Position numbers and translations under genes: made by a program
Shown: piece after piece, positions 37,151 through 49,900 of the stretch
Position numbering within the stretch: the first letter of the stretch is position 1
Layout: every line of letters begins with the position of its first letter
The notes under the pieces: model-generated
Told to the model about the DNA's origin: nothing
The model's input: the letters and a program-made list of their open reading frames with translations, nothing else
The model's database searches: none
Origin: Macrostomum lignano
Taxonomy: Eukaryota
Assembly (NCBI GenBank): GCA_002269645.1
Contig: NIVC01001166.1
Span: 282,849 to 346,848, forward strand
DNA length: 64,000 bases
Reading direction: 5' to 3'

Positions 37151-38513
37151 ACTGGGAAATGCTATGTTATATTATAGACTGATGCAGTTTCACTATCAGT
37201 GAATCACTAGTTTTTTGGGCTATTTACTAAGTTGCATGATTATCTAGACAACCAAAGTATAGGCCTATACTAGACACCTTTTTGACAATTGGATTTATTA
37301 TATTGGTATTAGATTACTTTTTTATTAGGCCTTTTTATAATTTAAGTACTATAAACTAGGGTAACAAAAAGCAGAGGTACCAAAAAGTATGGATACCTAT
37401 TAATTCTATTGGTTAGGTTAGGCCCCAGGTTGCAGATGGTATGCATGCCAGGTTGCGGATAGTATGCATATATGCCAGAAAGTTCTGGCATACAAAATGG
37501 CCACCCTAAGTCCTTGGCGTACACATTCGGCATACACAACCCCTGGCAAACTTTGTTGGCATAGACTATTGGCGTACATAAGTAACACAGCCACGCATAC
37601 TTTTTTGGCATACAAATTTTGGTGAATAAATTCATGCCATGCTTGAAAATTGTAATGTAAATTAACATTTTTATGTAAAGTAATGGAAAATTTGTATTGT
37701 CAGTGATAAAATTTTTGCTTCTTTTGAAATTAACAATGAATAAAATTAATGTAAATTTTTGCTAAGAGTATCATTTTGCATCATATTTTTTGTAGGTATA
37801 ATTTAGGTTTGTTTAAATTTAAAATATTTTTAATATTTTAAAAACACTTTCATACAAAAGCTTTTCTTAGAAAACTTTATTTATGAAATCTGTATTACCT
37901 TTTTTAGGAATTTTTGGCATACATTTTAGTGCAACATTTTGTTTTTGGTATACATTGGCATACAAAGTTCTTGATGCCCGAATTTGGTCCAGCGTACACG
38001 GATACATGATCCGCACACTGGTATGCATGTATGCCAGAACTTTCTAGAATACAAAATGGGAACCCTAAGTCCTTGGCAATACAACCCCTGCCCTAGTGCA
38101 CCTTGTTGGCATACACAATTGGTGTACACAAGTAATCATACATGCGCAACCTCCAAAATTTGGTTGGCCATGCGACTTAGTTTTAACAAAAATGTGACAT
38201 AGTTTTTGGCTAAAAATATGACTTACATATAAAAAACCCTAAAGCAAAATTACCGCAACTTTGGGTAAACGGCAGGAATAACTATGACTATCTTATTAAG
38301 CATACATGCGCAACTGCTGGCCGACCTGGCCGATCCGGCCACCGTAAATCGTGGCTGACCAGGGGTAAGTCGCAAAATTGAGTCAACCAAAAACAGAAAA
38401 ACACAAGAACCAAGAAAGGCAAGAGGAAAGCGAAAGAAAGAGCAGTTCAGGGAAAATAATGAAGCAAAAGAAAAACAATTCGCAAAAGAAGCAAACTAAG
38501 TTGTAAAAATAAT

Positions 38514-38960
38514 CAGGTAAGTCGCAAAAAGGATCAGGTAAGTCGCAACAGGAATCAGGTAAGTCGCAACAGGAATCAGGTAAGTCGCAACAGGAATCAG
38601 GTAAGTCGCAAAAGGGTTAGGTAAGTCGCAAAAAGGATTAGGTAAGTCCCAAAAAGGATTAGGTAAGTCGCAAAAAGGATTAGGTAAGTCGCAAAAAGGA
38701 TTAGGTAAGTCGCAAAAAGAATCAGGTAAGTCGCAAAAGGATCAGGTAAGTCGCAAAAGGATCAGGTAAGTCGCAAAAGGATCAGCTAAGTCGCAAAAGG
38801 GTTAGGTAAGTCGCAAAAAGGTTAGGTAAGTCGCAAAAGGGTTAGGTAAGTCGCAAAAGGATCAGCTAAGTCGCAAAAGGATTAGGTAAGTCGCAAAAAG
38901 GATTAGGTAAGTCGCAAAAAGAAGCAACTAAGTCGCAATAAGAGGGAAGTAAGTCACAAT
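38514..38960 (+). repeat. 20/21-bp minisatellite containing AGGTAAGT (about 20 units)
   Basis: Units of [C/T]AGGTAAGTCGCAAAA(A)GGAT. Confidence 0.95.
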
Positions 38961-39169
38961 CAGAGGCAATCAGGGGGTAGTAGGTGCAAGTGTGGCAGGA
39001 GAGCAAAAACAGAATAGAAGCCTTCAACCACAGACAAGATCTTTGAAATCAGAAGCCCGCATCATTTCTTTAACTCTGGAGCAGGGGTTGGCAAACTCCG
39101 GCTCGCGAAGCCCCTCTATCTGGCCCTCGCCCCTCGGGTTCTTTGAAACTTCCTAACTTCGAGTAGCAA

Positions 39170-39850
39170 GGTTGGTGTCTCTTCAACTCTCATCTCTCTC
39201 TTCTTCTCTACCTTGCCTCCCCTCTTCTCTCTCTCCCCCCTTTTCCCTCTTCTCTCTTCTCTCATTTTTACTCTCCTCTCTTCTCCCCCTTTCTCTCTAC
39301 CCTTTCTCCTCAATGCCCTCTTCTCTCCTCTTATCTTCAGCAAAAATATGTGCATATTTTCTTACTTCAAAGTAGAGGGAATAGAAGATTAGAGATAAGC
39401 AAACAGAGGAGAGGCGAGCGATGCGATGGGAGAAAAGATAGAAGAGGAGAGAAAAGCTGAGGGAGGAAAAAGAGATGAGAGAGAAGAGGAGATGAGAGAA
39501 AAGAGGAAAGAAAAGATGATGGATAAGATCAGAAGAGAGGAAAGAGGAGAGAGTAGATGAGAGAAGAGAGGATAAAGAGGAGATGAGAGGAGAGTGAAGA
39601 GAGGAGAGATGAGAGAGTAGAAAAGAGAGGAGAGATAATGAGAGAGTAGAGTGGAGAGAGACGAGAGGGAAGATAAGATGAGAGAGTAGAGTAGAGTGGA
39701 ATGGAGAGAGACGAGAGGAGAGATAAGAATGTAGAGAGGAGACAGAAGAGATAGGAGAGGAGAGGAAAGAGAGGAGAGAGGAGAGGAAAGAGAGAAGGGA
39801 TAAGGGATGAGAGAGAAAATAAAAAGAGGATGAGAAGATTGAGGAATGGG
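39170..39850. repeat. CT-rich tract followed by GA-rich tract (low complexity)
   Basis: 39170-39335 is pyrimidine-rich and 39375-39850 is purine-rich. Confidence 0.9.
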
Positions 39851-41055
39851 GAGAATTTGCAAAGGCCTCAAATCTTAGTTTAACATGCATTACTCCCATC
39901 TTTGCCTTTTTCCTAACTGTTAACAAGTTTTTGTTTGAGCATGACTTCAAATTTAGAATCTATGCAAAAATAGTTCCGGGAATTAGAATTCAGTGGTTTA
40001 AAAATCTGTGGGTTTTCACAGCTTGTATCTCTACTGGATTCGTATTCTGCATCTGATGAGCCATCTGAATCAGGGCTCTCATCTTCCATGCCAAATCGTC
40101 TAGCAAATCGTTCTTGAGCTATAGGCCACACTATATTCACTTCACTTACTTCTGGACATTCATGAATCATGACTTTTGTAGTATGCTCACTACACTGTAC
40201 TGACAATTTACTAATTGCTTCATGCCGCCACTAGATGACATACTGATTAGCTATTATAAAAACGCGGAATCTGCACGCAGCACTAATTAGCTGGCGAGGC
40301 ATTTAGCTTTAAAAATATGGTCATAGTTACTCCTGCCGTTTACCTAAAGTTTTTGCTTGGCTCTTTCATAGGTAAGTCGCATTTTTTATCGAAAACTAAG
40401 TCGCACGGCCAGCGTAATTTCAGAAGTTGCGCATGTATGTTATTAAGCCAAAATGCCTTGTCAGCTACTTAGTACTACTACTTGGGTATTTTTGGGTGGG
40501 CATTTTTGCAACTTCCTTGGTTGGCCGCCAAATCAATCGGCCGGATCGGCAAGTAATCCAACCACGCATAATTTTTTGGCATACAAATTTTGGTGAATAA
40601 ACTCATGCCATGCATGAAAATTGTAATGTAAATTAACATATTTATGTAAAATAAAGGAAAATTGATATAGTCTAAAAAAGTCAATGATAAACTTTTTGCT
40701 TCTTAAAAATTAAAAATAAATAAAATTAATATAAATTTTTGCTAAGAGCATCAATTTTGCATCATTATTTCTGTAGGTATAATTTAAGTTTGTTTAAAAT
40801 GAAAATATCTGTAATATTTTTAAAAGACTTTTCATAGGCCTACAAAAGCCTTTCTTAGAAAACTCTACACATAAAAACTGATTGACCTTTTTAGGAGGAA
40901 ATTTTCTATTTTTGGGATACACTGGCATACATTTAGATGAGCTAGGATTCTTGTTCCAGCATACACTACTATACAATCTGCAACCTAGGTTAGGCCTAGT
41001 TAGTGTAAAGCCAAGCCAAGGTAGGGGTATAAACCAAAGAAAGCTAGCATAGGCC

Positions 41056-41739
41056 CCATACTTAGGAAGGTGGCCTGCATGCGGGAATTTTCCCACGTGC
41101 ACAAGCCACGCTAAAATTTTGGCGTGCAAAGTTGGCGTGCAAATAGGGGTCTCAAGCCACGCTTAAATTTTCAGCGTACAAGTTTTTTACTTGGCGTGTA
41201 ACCTTAGCGTGCAATTACAAACTGACAGTATATCAACAAGTCAGATATAGATGTATTATGTATACACTATATATATACAATATATAAAGTTAAACGTGAA
41301 CAATTGAATTTGAATATTGATTAAACCAACTAGTTGAGGCTACAGCCTAGCCTACAGCCAGGCCTACACTCTACAGCCTACATTAAAATTAAAATATCCA
41401 ATAACTTTTAAACACTCTTATTTTGTGACTCTTGTAGACTTTTAGTTTATTTGTTTCTTGAAATGTAAAGAAAAAGTTTTCGATACTTACTATGTTCTTT
41501 GTAGCGAATTTCCTTTTTTTATATAAACTTTGTTTAATGTAAGTAGAAAAGTTATTTAAAAATAGTATCTAATACGGAATACCCAATTTTCGGCGTACAT
41601 TATTTTTGGTATTCAAGATTTTTGGCGTGCAACAGAAACGTCATGTTAAGGGTTTTAAAAAATTGGCGTACATTGGCGTGCACCAAGGATTTTTCCATAA
41701 ATTGATTCCCGCGTGCACTTGCCACCTTCCTGACTATGG
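41056..41739. mobile_element. hAT-like MITE (684 bp)
   Basis: TIR CCATAnTnAGGAAGGTGGC...GCGGGAAT at both ends; exact 8-bp TSD CATAGGCC (41048-41055, 41740-41747); subterminal GGCGTGCA/GGCGTACA repeats. Confidence 0.82.
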
Positions 41740-43999
41740 CATAGGCCTAAGCTAGAGAATGGAGAGATAGGACTCAAAATTATCAAAAAATATTTATTTA
41801 GGCTACAGTCCTACTAATAATATCAGCTCATTTTAACCAATATTAAAATATGTAGGCCTAGTAGGCCTCTGAGCCTAAGAAATGAAGCCCTTATGTATTA
41901 TTAAGTACTTTAATAAAGAACCAAGTGACTTCTAGTCAAGCAAAAAAAGCAACAAAGCAATAATTAATAGGCCTAAAGCTACACTCGTTTTTTAATTCTC
42001 AACATTCTTTAAAAACTAGCCAGCCAGCTTTAGCCTCTAAGTCAAAGCTCTAACCTCTAAGCCTCTAAGGATGTGCAAGAGACTAGCTAGCTCTAGTTTA
42101 CTTTATCTAGCTTAGGCTAAATCTTATAATCCGACGTAGATCGAGATTAGAAACGAGAGGAAATCTTGGCAGGACTTTAAATAAGAGCGAACAAAAATTC
42201 TGTCCTTGGAAATTTTGCACGGAGCTAGTTTAATGTATTCAAACCCGCGCGTAATAATACGAACTCTAACCGATAAATTTGTTCGATTTTGTTATGATTT
42301 TTACAGGAATAAGCTAAACGTTTTAATAAAATATCAAATCAAGTTTTGATTCTAAGAAAAAAAGATGCAAACAAGATGTGATCTTTTGCAAGTTGTAGAT
42401 ATTTTAGTTATTTTTTTCTCATATTTACTAATAATTTATAAAATAAACAAATATATAACGACTTTCATAACATTATTTGCGTTTTCGGGACTTTATCTGG
42501 TGATATTCAAATACAAAAACAAATACAAAATACAAATACTCGTAGTCCGCGTGATTTAAAATTCTCATTGAAAAAACTGCACTTTTTGTTGTTACTTGTC
42601 CCAACGACATGTAGGTATTTGAAACTTTCCGCTTTTTTATTAGAGCGCTGCTCAACTACACTGTGCTAGCTCCTAAATTATCTAAAAGCTATGCAAGGCC
42701 TTTGGCTAATCAAGTCAACGACGACGAAAGCAGTCTGGGGGAATCATTTACTGCTATGGACTCAATATCCGAGAGTTTTTTTACAATATTTGTTTTTTAA
42801 TATAAAATAATGGGAAATTTACATTGATGTACGTTCACTATTTTATGAATTTTTGTGTAAAAATATTTATATGACACCTTACATCTGGCAATCATAAAAA
42901 CTACGCTCGTATCTATTTTTATTGATAACCCTGAAAACTATATTTACATAGTGGCTGTACACGGCAGTATTAATTGTACACGTAATTGATTATTTATCAG
43001 CGTTTTGTGCATGCATTTATTGCATTCTTCAACATCCTACACGCGAGTCCGTTTGAAACAATTAGAAATAAGAAAACTTACTATATGGCAAGCTAAGACT
43101 GCCTTTGTACGGACTAACTATATAGTTAGCAAAATTATTAACATGTAATTGTCATGCGTGAGCTAAAATGAAAACAAGTTGTTGCACAGTTCTATTACAT
43201 TTTTCCAACTCCAGTTAATTGAATGGTTGTGAAAAGAAATTATTATATTAGTTTTATGTGAAAGTTGTTATTGAAAATTACGCTCGTACACACACACACA
43301 CACGTGCGAAATAAATGAGCTGGCATTCCAGACTTATTTTCGTCCCAATTTGCCGCAGATAATAAACAATATGACATCGCGTGCAGAAAGGCCTTTGAAT
43401 GCTGAAATATATTTTTCGAGACCTGCTTGTACGCTGAGGGATTGTTTCCGTACTCGCGCCCTTCAGCAATGTACTCAGCCATTGGGAATACGGATTCAGG
43501 GAGAAAGAGAGAGAGAATATAGCTAACTAAATGTAAAGTGGACGTGCAGATGGAGGCTGGGAGGTACTCGGCTCCGATGGGGTGAAACAGTGTTTGGGGA
43601 GAAAGAGACATGAGCAAAAGAAAGAAAGGGAGAAAGAGATCCTGTAGAGAAAATGCACGGCAATGCATGCGAGCACTGCAGGCTTAGTTCAGTCACAATA
43701 ATCTCCATCGCCCTTGTGGTCTCACCCAAGCTCAAAACTCCAGTCGAACTTCGGAGTGAATTTTGACTGCATGCTGGGGGTGGACAACGCAAGATTTATA
43801 CCCGTCGGACTGCACCTGAGGCGATCTGGAAGCCGATTCAAGCGATTTGCACTTTTTACTATCATTCAAAGGCAGAAATTCTGTTTAAACACCCAACACT
43901 GGCGAGGCGTTCCAGTGGCAAACTACTGGGGCTGGTATGTAAACATTTTTGCCTGCCAGCTCTGTCCGGACTGAACAGAGAGCCGACCCGAGTGCCGGA

Positions 44000-46900
44000 A
44001 TGGCAACTGGCCGTTGCCAAGACGACCTCTGCCTGAGGCCTCGCCGTGGCCAGAGCCGCAACTTCACATCCATAGCAACCAACAGCTTAGCCATGTCGGT
44101 TGACCACGGCCTGGACTCTGTTGTCGGCGACTCAGTCGAGGACGATTTCGTAGAAAACGAATCGCTGCTGAATCGTCGAGCGCTCAGCGAACCAGCCGGA
44201 GACGGCGGCTCAAGTGGAGACGATGAAGACGGTGAAATATACGATGTTGGTGGGGATTTGCCTCATCAAGACGATGGCGAAGCAAGATGGCCAAGCAGTG
44301 GCACATTTAGCATCTCGGCAGAAGTGACAGCAGCTGCCAGCAGCTCCAGCGGCCGCTGCCTGTTTCCCATCGCGGAAGCTGACGCAGCGTCCGGCTCTTC
44401 GGGTGAGGCGCCCAGCTGCTCAGGCGACATCCCTGGAGCAGAATCACTGTCGCCGCTGTCACCGCAGGAAGACTTGGAATTCAAATATCGACTGGTTAGC
44501 GACACCAACTCGGAAATCTTTTTTATTAGTAAGTTTCTCCTAAACTACAACTACAGACCTTAGTCCCTTATAGCTCTTACAGCCAGATGCGGTTTCAGCC
44601 GCCAGGAATCAGCCGCTCCAACGGCCCGTGTGCTTCTCATGCTTTAAGCCTGAAAGGTGAACCCGATCATTGACGACACCCAATAGCTTTGGAGACATTG
44701 GGAGCTTGCTTGGCTTGGCAGCGGCAGTTGCAGTGAAAAATGGGCTTGGCTATGCAAACATTGAAAAGTTGGGAGCTCGCCTTTTTAGAATTCCTTTCGT
44801 AGTTCCAAGTCCCTGTTCTCCCCTACAGCAAAACTGATATATACATGTAGTGCACCTTGACCTGGGCAGGGAGACGCCCATGCAATTTCCCTTTGTCGCT
44901 TTCTCCCCTTCCAGTTCAGCTTACGGGGGGGTGGCAATAAAATGGATTGCCAGTACCAGCAGCCACTCCGAAATCAAGGGAATTAATGATCACTGTGTCC
45001 CCCAGGAGTGGGATTACTGGCTACGCCAGTACCAGTGGGAAAAACATGCTTGTCTAACGCTGCCGGCTGTACACTGCAGAAGTCAGGTGGCATTCTAGCT
45101 CTGAGCATAGTGCCCGATGAACAATGGCTATTGGCGAAGTGTCCCCCCACCCCCGATGTGTATCTGGGCGCCTCTCAAAGCAGCTAAACAACTACTCCAT
45201 GCCGTCCCAGTGCCTTCTTCGCACCGTCCGCCTCATTTTCCCTTCCCCTCCCCAAAGCTGTCACAGTGGAATCCCGCGACCGCAGTTCTGCACTCTCTTT
45301 CTCTCCCAGTCGTTTCGGGGACAAATCAGTCTTTTTCAGCAGACTTATAAGGCAGAGCAAGGTGCCGGCCCCGGCTTAGCCAAGTTCCCACACATTATCA
45401 ACGGGACCGGATAAGGCCGAGGTAAGTCCGCGACTTTTCGATTCTCGCACACAGGGATTATGTTGCAAGTTTGAGTTAATGAAGGCTTACATTGGGAGAT
45501 GACACCGTGTTTAAAAAGTAACTCTCTTGTGATTAACCACGGTTGTTTACGTTGGCCATTGGTATACCTGGAGATTTAAAATGCATAGCAAACTGTATAT
45601 CGCCTTTCCCCAGCCCTGTCTCAACAAGAATTGGATGCGATCAAATTGCACGCTAAGGTAAACAATCCCAGAGACTACAGCGAAACAGTTCACAGAATGG
45701 CATTTTTTATCGTTTCAGACTCTGCGGAGATCGACTGTACAACTGAACAGGACGAGGAGGACATTTTGGTGAGTGCTGCAGTGTCTAACTTTGTTTCAGT
45801 GTGTTGTGTGCGCTCGTAGTAAAAAGAACGGCGTCACAGGGTGCGCCTTGAGGCCTGGGTGCGAACGAAGGCCACGATTCCGACTGAATCCGGGGCGCCG
45901 GCGCAGGCAGTCGACGAAACGTCCTCGCCGGGGTAGGGTTGCCAGAGAGTCAGTTCACCCTGCTGTGATTGGACAGCAGCTTTGAGCTGCGATAGAACAC
46001 AGGGTATAGGGTAGGAGTTGCCATTCCTCAGTCTCAGCGCTCTACCAGCTGTACACAGCCTTCGGATATGGCGCACAATTGCTGCGGCTGTGGCGCTTGT
46101 CAAACTCTGTCTACAATATTTAGTCGTATTGACATGGAATTTTTAATATCAGGGAAAAATCTGGACTACGAGCGTATGCTTCGCTACATTCTTTATTGAA
46201 GTCTCATACAAGTCTCATAGATAACTTCTAGCGAGGCAGGCGTACTTAGACTGTATGTACAGTATTAAAGACGCCCCATGACAATTAACTCACAGAGATT
46301 AGTCTATAGCAACAAGGCACTTAGCAATCTATAGCAATTTTTATACACGAGAAATCTAAGGGCAAAGCAAAGCAGAGATGGAATCCGTCCTATACGCGCA
46401 TGCAGTCCAGGAAATAAGGCAGGCAGCATTGTACGCGCAGCCAAGGTGAGACAGCACGCAATCGACATTCAGCATTCTGTTTCATCATTTCTTTTTCACG
46501 CATATGCATTGGAGCTTCCGTCTTCTGAGCTTTTTCAAAGTCCTCAATAACTTATGAGACCAATTGTAGCCGACCCGGAGGCTTGACTAAATTGGGAACA
46601 GAAATAGTCAAATCGCATTCTCATCAGATTCCGGCATGGCATTGAGTCGTTCATTAGACAGCGGAGCAGAAGAGCTCGCTTAGACTGGCTGCATGCGCTG
46701 CCCCTTGATTCGGTACAGAACTGAATCTCCTCGTTAAGGGTAAAACAGATTAGTTGAACTTATTTATATAAAAGGAGAAACTTTAGAAGCATCTTTGTAC
46801 ATGTACATGCTACGCGTAGATTGAGATGAACCCAGGCGCAAAGCACTCCAGCTTCCTGAATAGTGAACTTTCTAAACACAAAATTTCTGAATAGAATCAT

Positions 46901-49900
46901 GAATAAATTCACTTGAAGTGCCTCTAAAAGCGGTCAGTAACTTCTCAGCGCGCTCTGCAGCATATTGAACACAATCTCCTCCTGATATATTGCCAGGAGC
47001 GGGCTGTGGAAACCACATGAAAGGGCCCAGAAAGAGAAGCCATGCAGGAAATCGGAGACAATTGAACCACGATGAAGGAAAGGCCGAGCCTGAATAAACA
47101 AAAGAGAAGCAGGCAAAGAGCACACAAAGCCAGATGATCGGCTGCTCAGCAGAAAAGACCAAGCCGGCTCCCACAGCCGCCTTCTTCCTGCACAGGAGAG
47201 TTTTCACTCGCTCTATAGTTTTCATTGCTGGGCCATCCAAACAGCAGCGGCAGCAGGCCAAAGGGATTGGGGCTGAGCAGGGATAGGGGCAAGCAGAAAT
47301 AGCTCAGACTGAGTTGAGCCAGACCAGCACGGCTGGGACGGCTGGCAGCAACAGACCCCGGTTGAAGAGGGGAAACTTTTCTCCCCCAGCTCCCAGCGTA
47401 AGCGTATAAAGCAGCCCTCCAGTTAATCTTCTCCCATCTACTAAAAAGCAGATAGCGCGCGTAACAGCAGTTTTCTAAATTGCTATTGTTGCAGAGCATC
47501 GCAGATTGTGATGCTGACGCATCAGATTTTGAGTCACCGATAGCCGAAATGCAACAGAGACGCAGGGACCGAGGCGGCATAGCCATCTGGCACCGTCTGA
47601 GCGCCATCAGCGAGGCTTCCGACGACCGAGCGACGAGTTCAGCCGATGACGAGGAGATCAACACCAGCATTGCCGAGGTGCGAGAGTTTCACGAGCAGTT
47701 CGGCCGTGACAGCGGTGGCAGGAGCAGCGCCAGCCATCGCTCCGGCAAGCGATTCGCAACGCTGATGCGACCCCAACCGGAGGGTCTGGCCGGTGAGCTG
47801 CTCACGCAGCGGGTGACTCAGCTGGATGAGCAGCGCGATTACCAGCCAGCACTGCTCGGCCTTCCAGGACTTCCAGCAGGTGAGCTGAGGTTTCATTTTG
47901 ACCAGCAACTGAGAGCCAATGAAACTAAAAACTGTCGCAGACAGTCTTTTGCTTTCGTTGAATATTTTCCGCTTTCCTAGTTGCTACCTCAGCAAATATC
48001 GATTTCAAGGCTAAGCTAGTACTCACTAAGGGGTTTTCGACGTATTAATTTGCATTATTTATGCGCCCACGAGACCCCAAGTGTTCCAGGCAGTTTCGTG
48101 TGATTTACTCAGAATGTAACTGGACCAACTAGCATTACTAGACCGGCCAATTGGTGTGGGAAAGTCCAAACTAAATGCTCTCGGGGCCCAAAGTATGCGA
48201 GAAAGTTGAGCCTCACCAGCGAATTCTTCCACTCTCTTCTCTCTGCCCTCTCAGGCGGACTCGTGACCGCCGTAGCCTCGTCAAGTGCTCGAATTTTGGA
48301 CTGCACTTCAACCACCGCGCCTGCGGCTGCAGCCTCGGAGGAAGAGGTGGAGGTGCGCGTGACCGCGGAGGCCACGGGGCCCAATCCCAGCGTGGCGCTG
48401 GCCAGGGCGGCCGCCAGGGCAGCCGGAGCTGCTAGTGCGGCAGTGAAAAAGAGCCGCAGCGTTCGAAGCCATTGCGTGAACGCGTCAGAAGCGGAATCGG
48501 AGTACCGCATCTTCATATCAACTTCTTGCACACTGCGAGAGCCGCAGCGCCTAGACGGAGACGGCAAGCTGAAGAACGTAATGAGCTCCACCCAACCTCC
48601 CACAGAGGAAGACATCGTAGAAATTTTTCAAGTGGCACCTGAGCTGCAAGAGTACCAAAGGTGGGCTGTAACTGGGGCCGGCGATGTTGAGTTCGCGTTC
48701 ATATCGGACAGCGAGCCTGGCTCACCGACTCCGGACGTGGAGGAAAATCCACAGCCGAGTTCGCGCTCGCAGCAACAGTCAGCGCTTCTGCAGGCGACTC
48801 AGGCGGCACCAGGTCAACAGCAAGAGCAGCAGCAGCAGCAGCAGAGAGGACGGTTGCCTGGTCCGAATTCGCTGCAGGCTGACCAGCGCAGGCTGCAGGC
48901 TGCTCGAGATGCCTACGCCGCCGTGAAAACGGTACCCACGAGGCCCCGACCAAGTCTATCGCTGCCCCGTCTGAGCAATTCCGTCAGCAATGGAGCGGCT
49001 GGCGCCACTTCAGTGGTAAATAATCAGCGTTGGAGTGACGTCAGCACGAGTTCTGGCAGCCTTCGCCAGCTTCGACGGTTACTGGGTGACGATGAGGCTG
49101 TTTGCGCCTCCCATTCGATGACGGATGGACTGGTGTTGGATCAACAGCAAAGTCGAGAGCTTCAGCAGCGCTCGCAGCCATCAGTAACTGCTCCGAAGTC
49201 GGTGTCCCTGTCTGACCTGTTGGATTCAGACGTCGGAAACAGTGGTAGCATCGATGCTGATGTGTCGCATTCATGCGCTTCTCTGTTGGAAACCGACAAT
49301 GTCAACACATTAACTTCTAAAGAGTCCTTGAAGCAAAGCCTTAAAAGACTAAAATTGCCCTCTAGTCGTCGGGCCGCCGCCGATCAAGCCAAAGTTAGAA
49401 GCGCCAGCTTGTTCTTTGAGTGGTTGGAGCAGAGAGCGAATTCAGAGCGCGAGCGGAGCATCTGCCGTTCTCTGACTCGACTGGAAGCTCCAGTCTGGCT
49501 GGATAACCTTGCTAAAGACGCACCGGAAGCTCCAGTCTGGCTGGATAACCTTGCTAAAGACGCACCGGGACCACTAGATACGTCTCTCCGAGTCAAGGAG
49601 AACCGGAACTCATGGAGACCGTCAGCTACATCAATCGAGCCATCGTCATTGATAAAGGGCAGCGTCGATGAGATTACTTGGAAAACGCGTCCGATACACG
49701 GCAGTCTCAGCTTACCAATGCGCCTGTCCAAGCAAACCAATCGAAGCTCAGATCATGGAAAAGCCAGTAGCACTGATGGAAATTTAAGGATCAAGCAGAC
49801 AAGTGCAGGGACTGATCGAGTCGATGGCAGCATCAGCAACCGAGCTCGCTTCTTTACAGAGAGCAGTCTCAGCCGGCAGGTGCGTCAGGCAGCGGCCGCT

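Larger units (their letters stand above)
38301..40439. mobile_element. 2.1-kb element of the CATACATGCGCAAC family, inner layer of the nest
   Basis: Perfect 14-bp TIR and exact 8-bp TSD TTATTAAG (38293-38300, 40440-40447). It carries the GTAAGT array and the CT/GA tracts. Confidence 0.82.
38137..40549. mobile_element. Inverted copy of the CATACATGCGCAAC MITE, middle layer of the nest
   Basis: 38137-38300 plus 40448-40549 reconstruct the reverse complement of 36479-36777. TSD CAAGTAAT at 38129-38136 and 40550-40557. The right TIR is deleted. Confidence 0.72.
37425..40988. mobile_element. hAT-like non-autonomous element (TIR CCAGGTTGCAGAT), outer layer of a nest
   Basis: TIRs CCAGGTTGCAGATGGTAT and rc CTAGGTTGCAGATTGTAT; exact 8-bp TSD GTTAGGCC (37417-37424, 40989-40996); an internal tandem duplication rich in GGCATAC/GGCGTAC motifs. 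Confidence 0.78.

Noticed and set aside
43243-43668. Minus-strand ORF with MAEYIAEGREYGNNPSAYKQ
   Set aside because: No recognisable homology, no clear acceptor, and it is flanked by simple repeats.
45338-45421. Exon-like segment (ttttcag...GAG|gtaagt) within the AJM1 locus
   Set aside because: It has stops in all frames tested, so it is not a coding exon. It could be a non-coding alternative first exon, but this is unsupported without RNA data.
46872-47400. Hydrophobic minus-strand ORFs inside an AJM1 intron (possible nested gene)
   Set aside because: No family motif or consistent splice structure; it may be the antisense of a purine-rich stretch.
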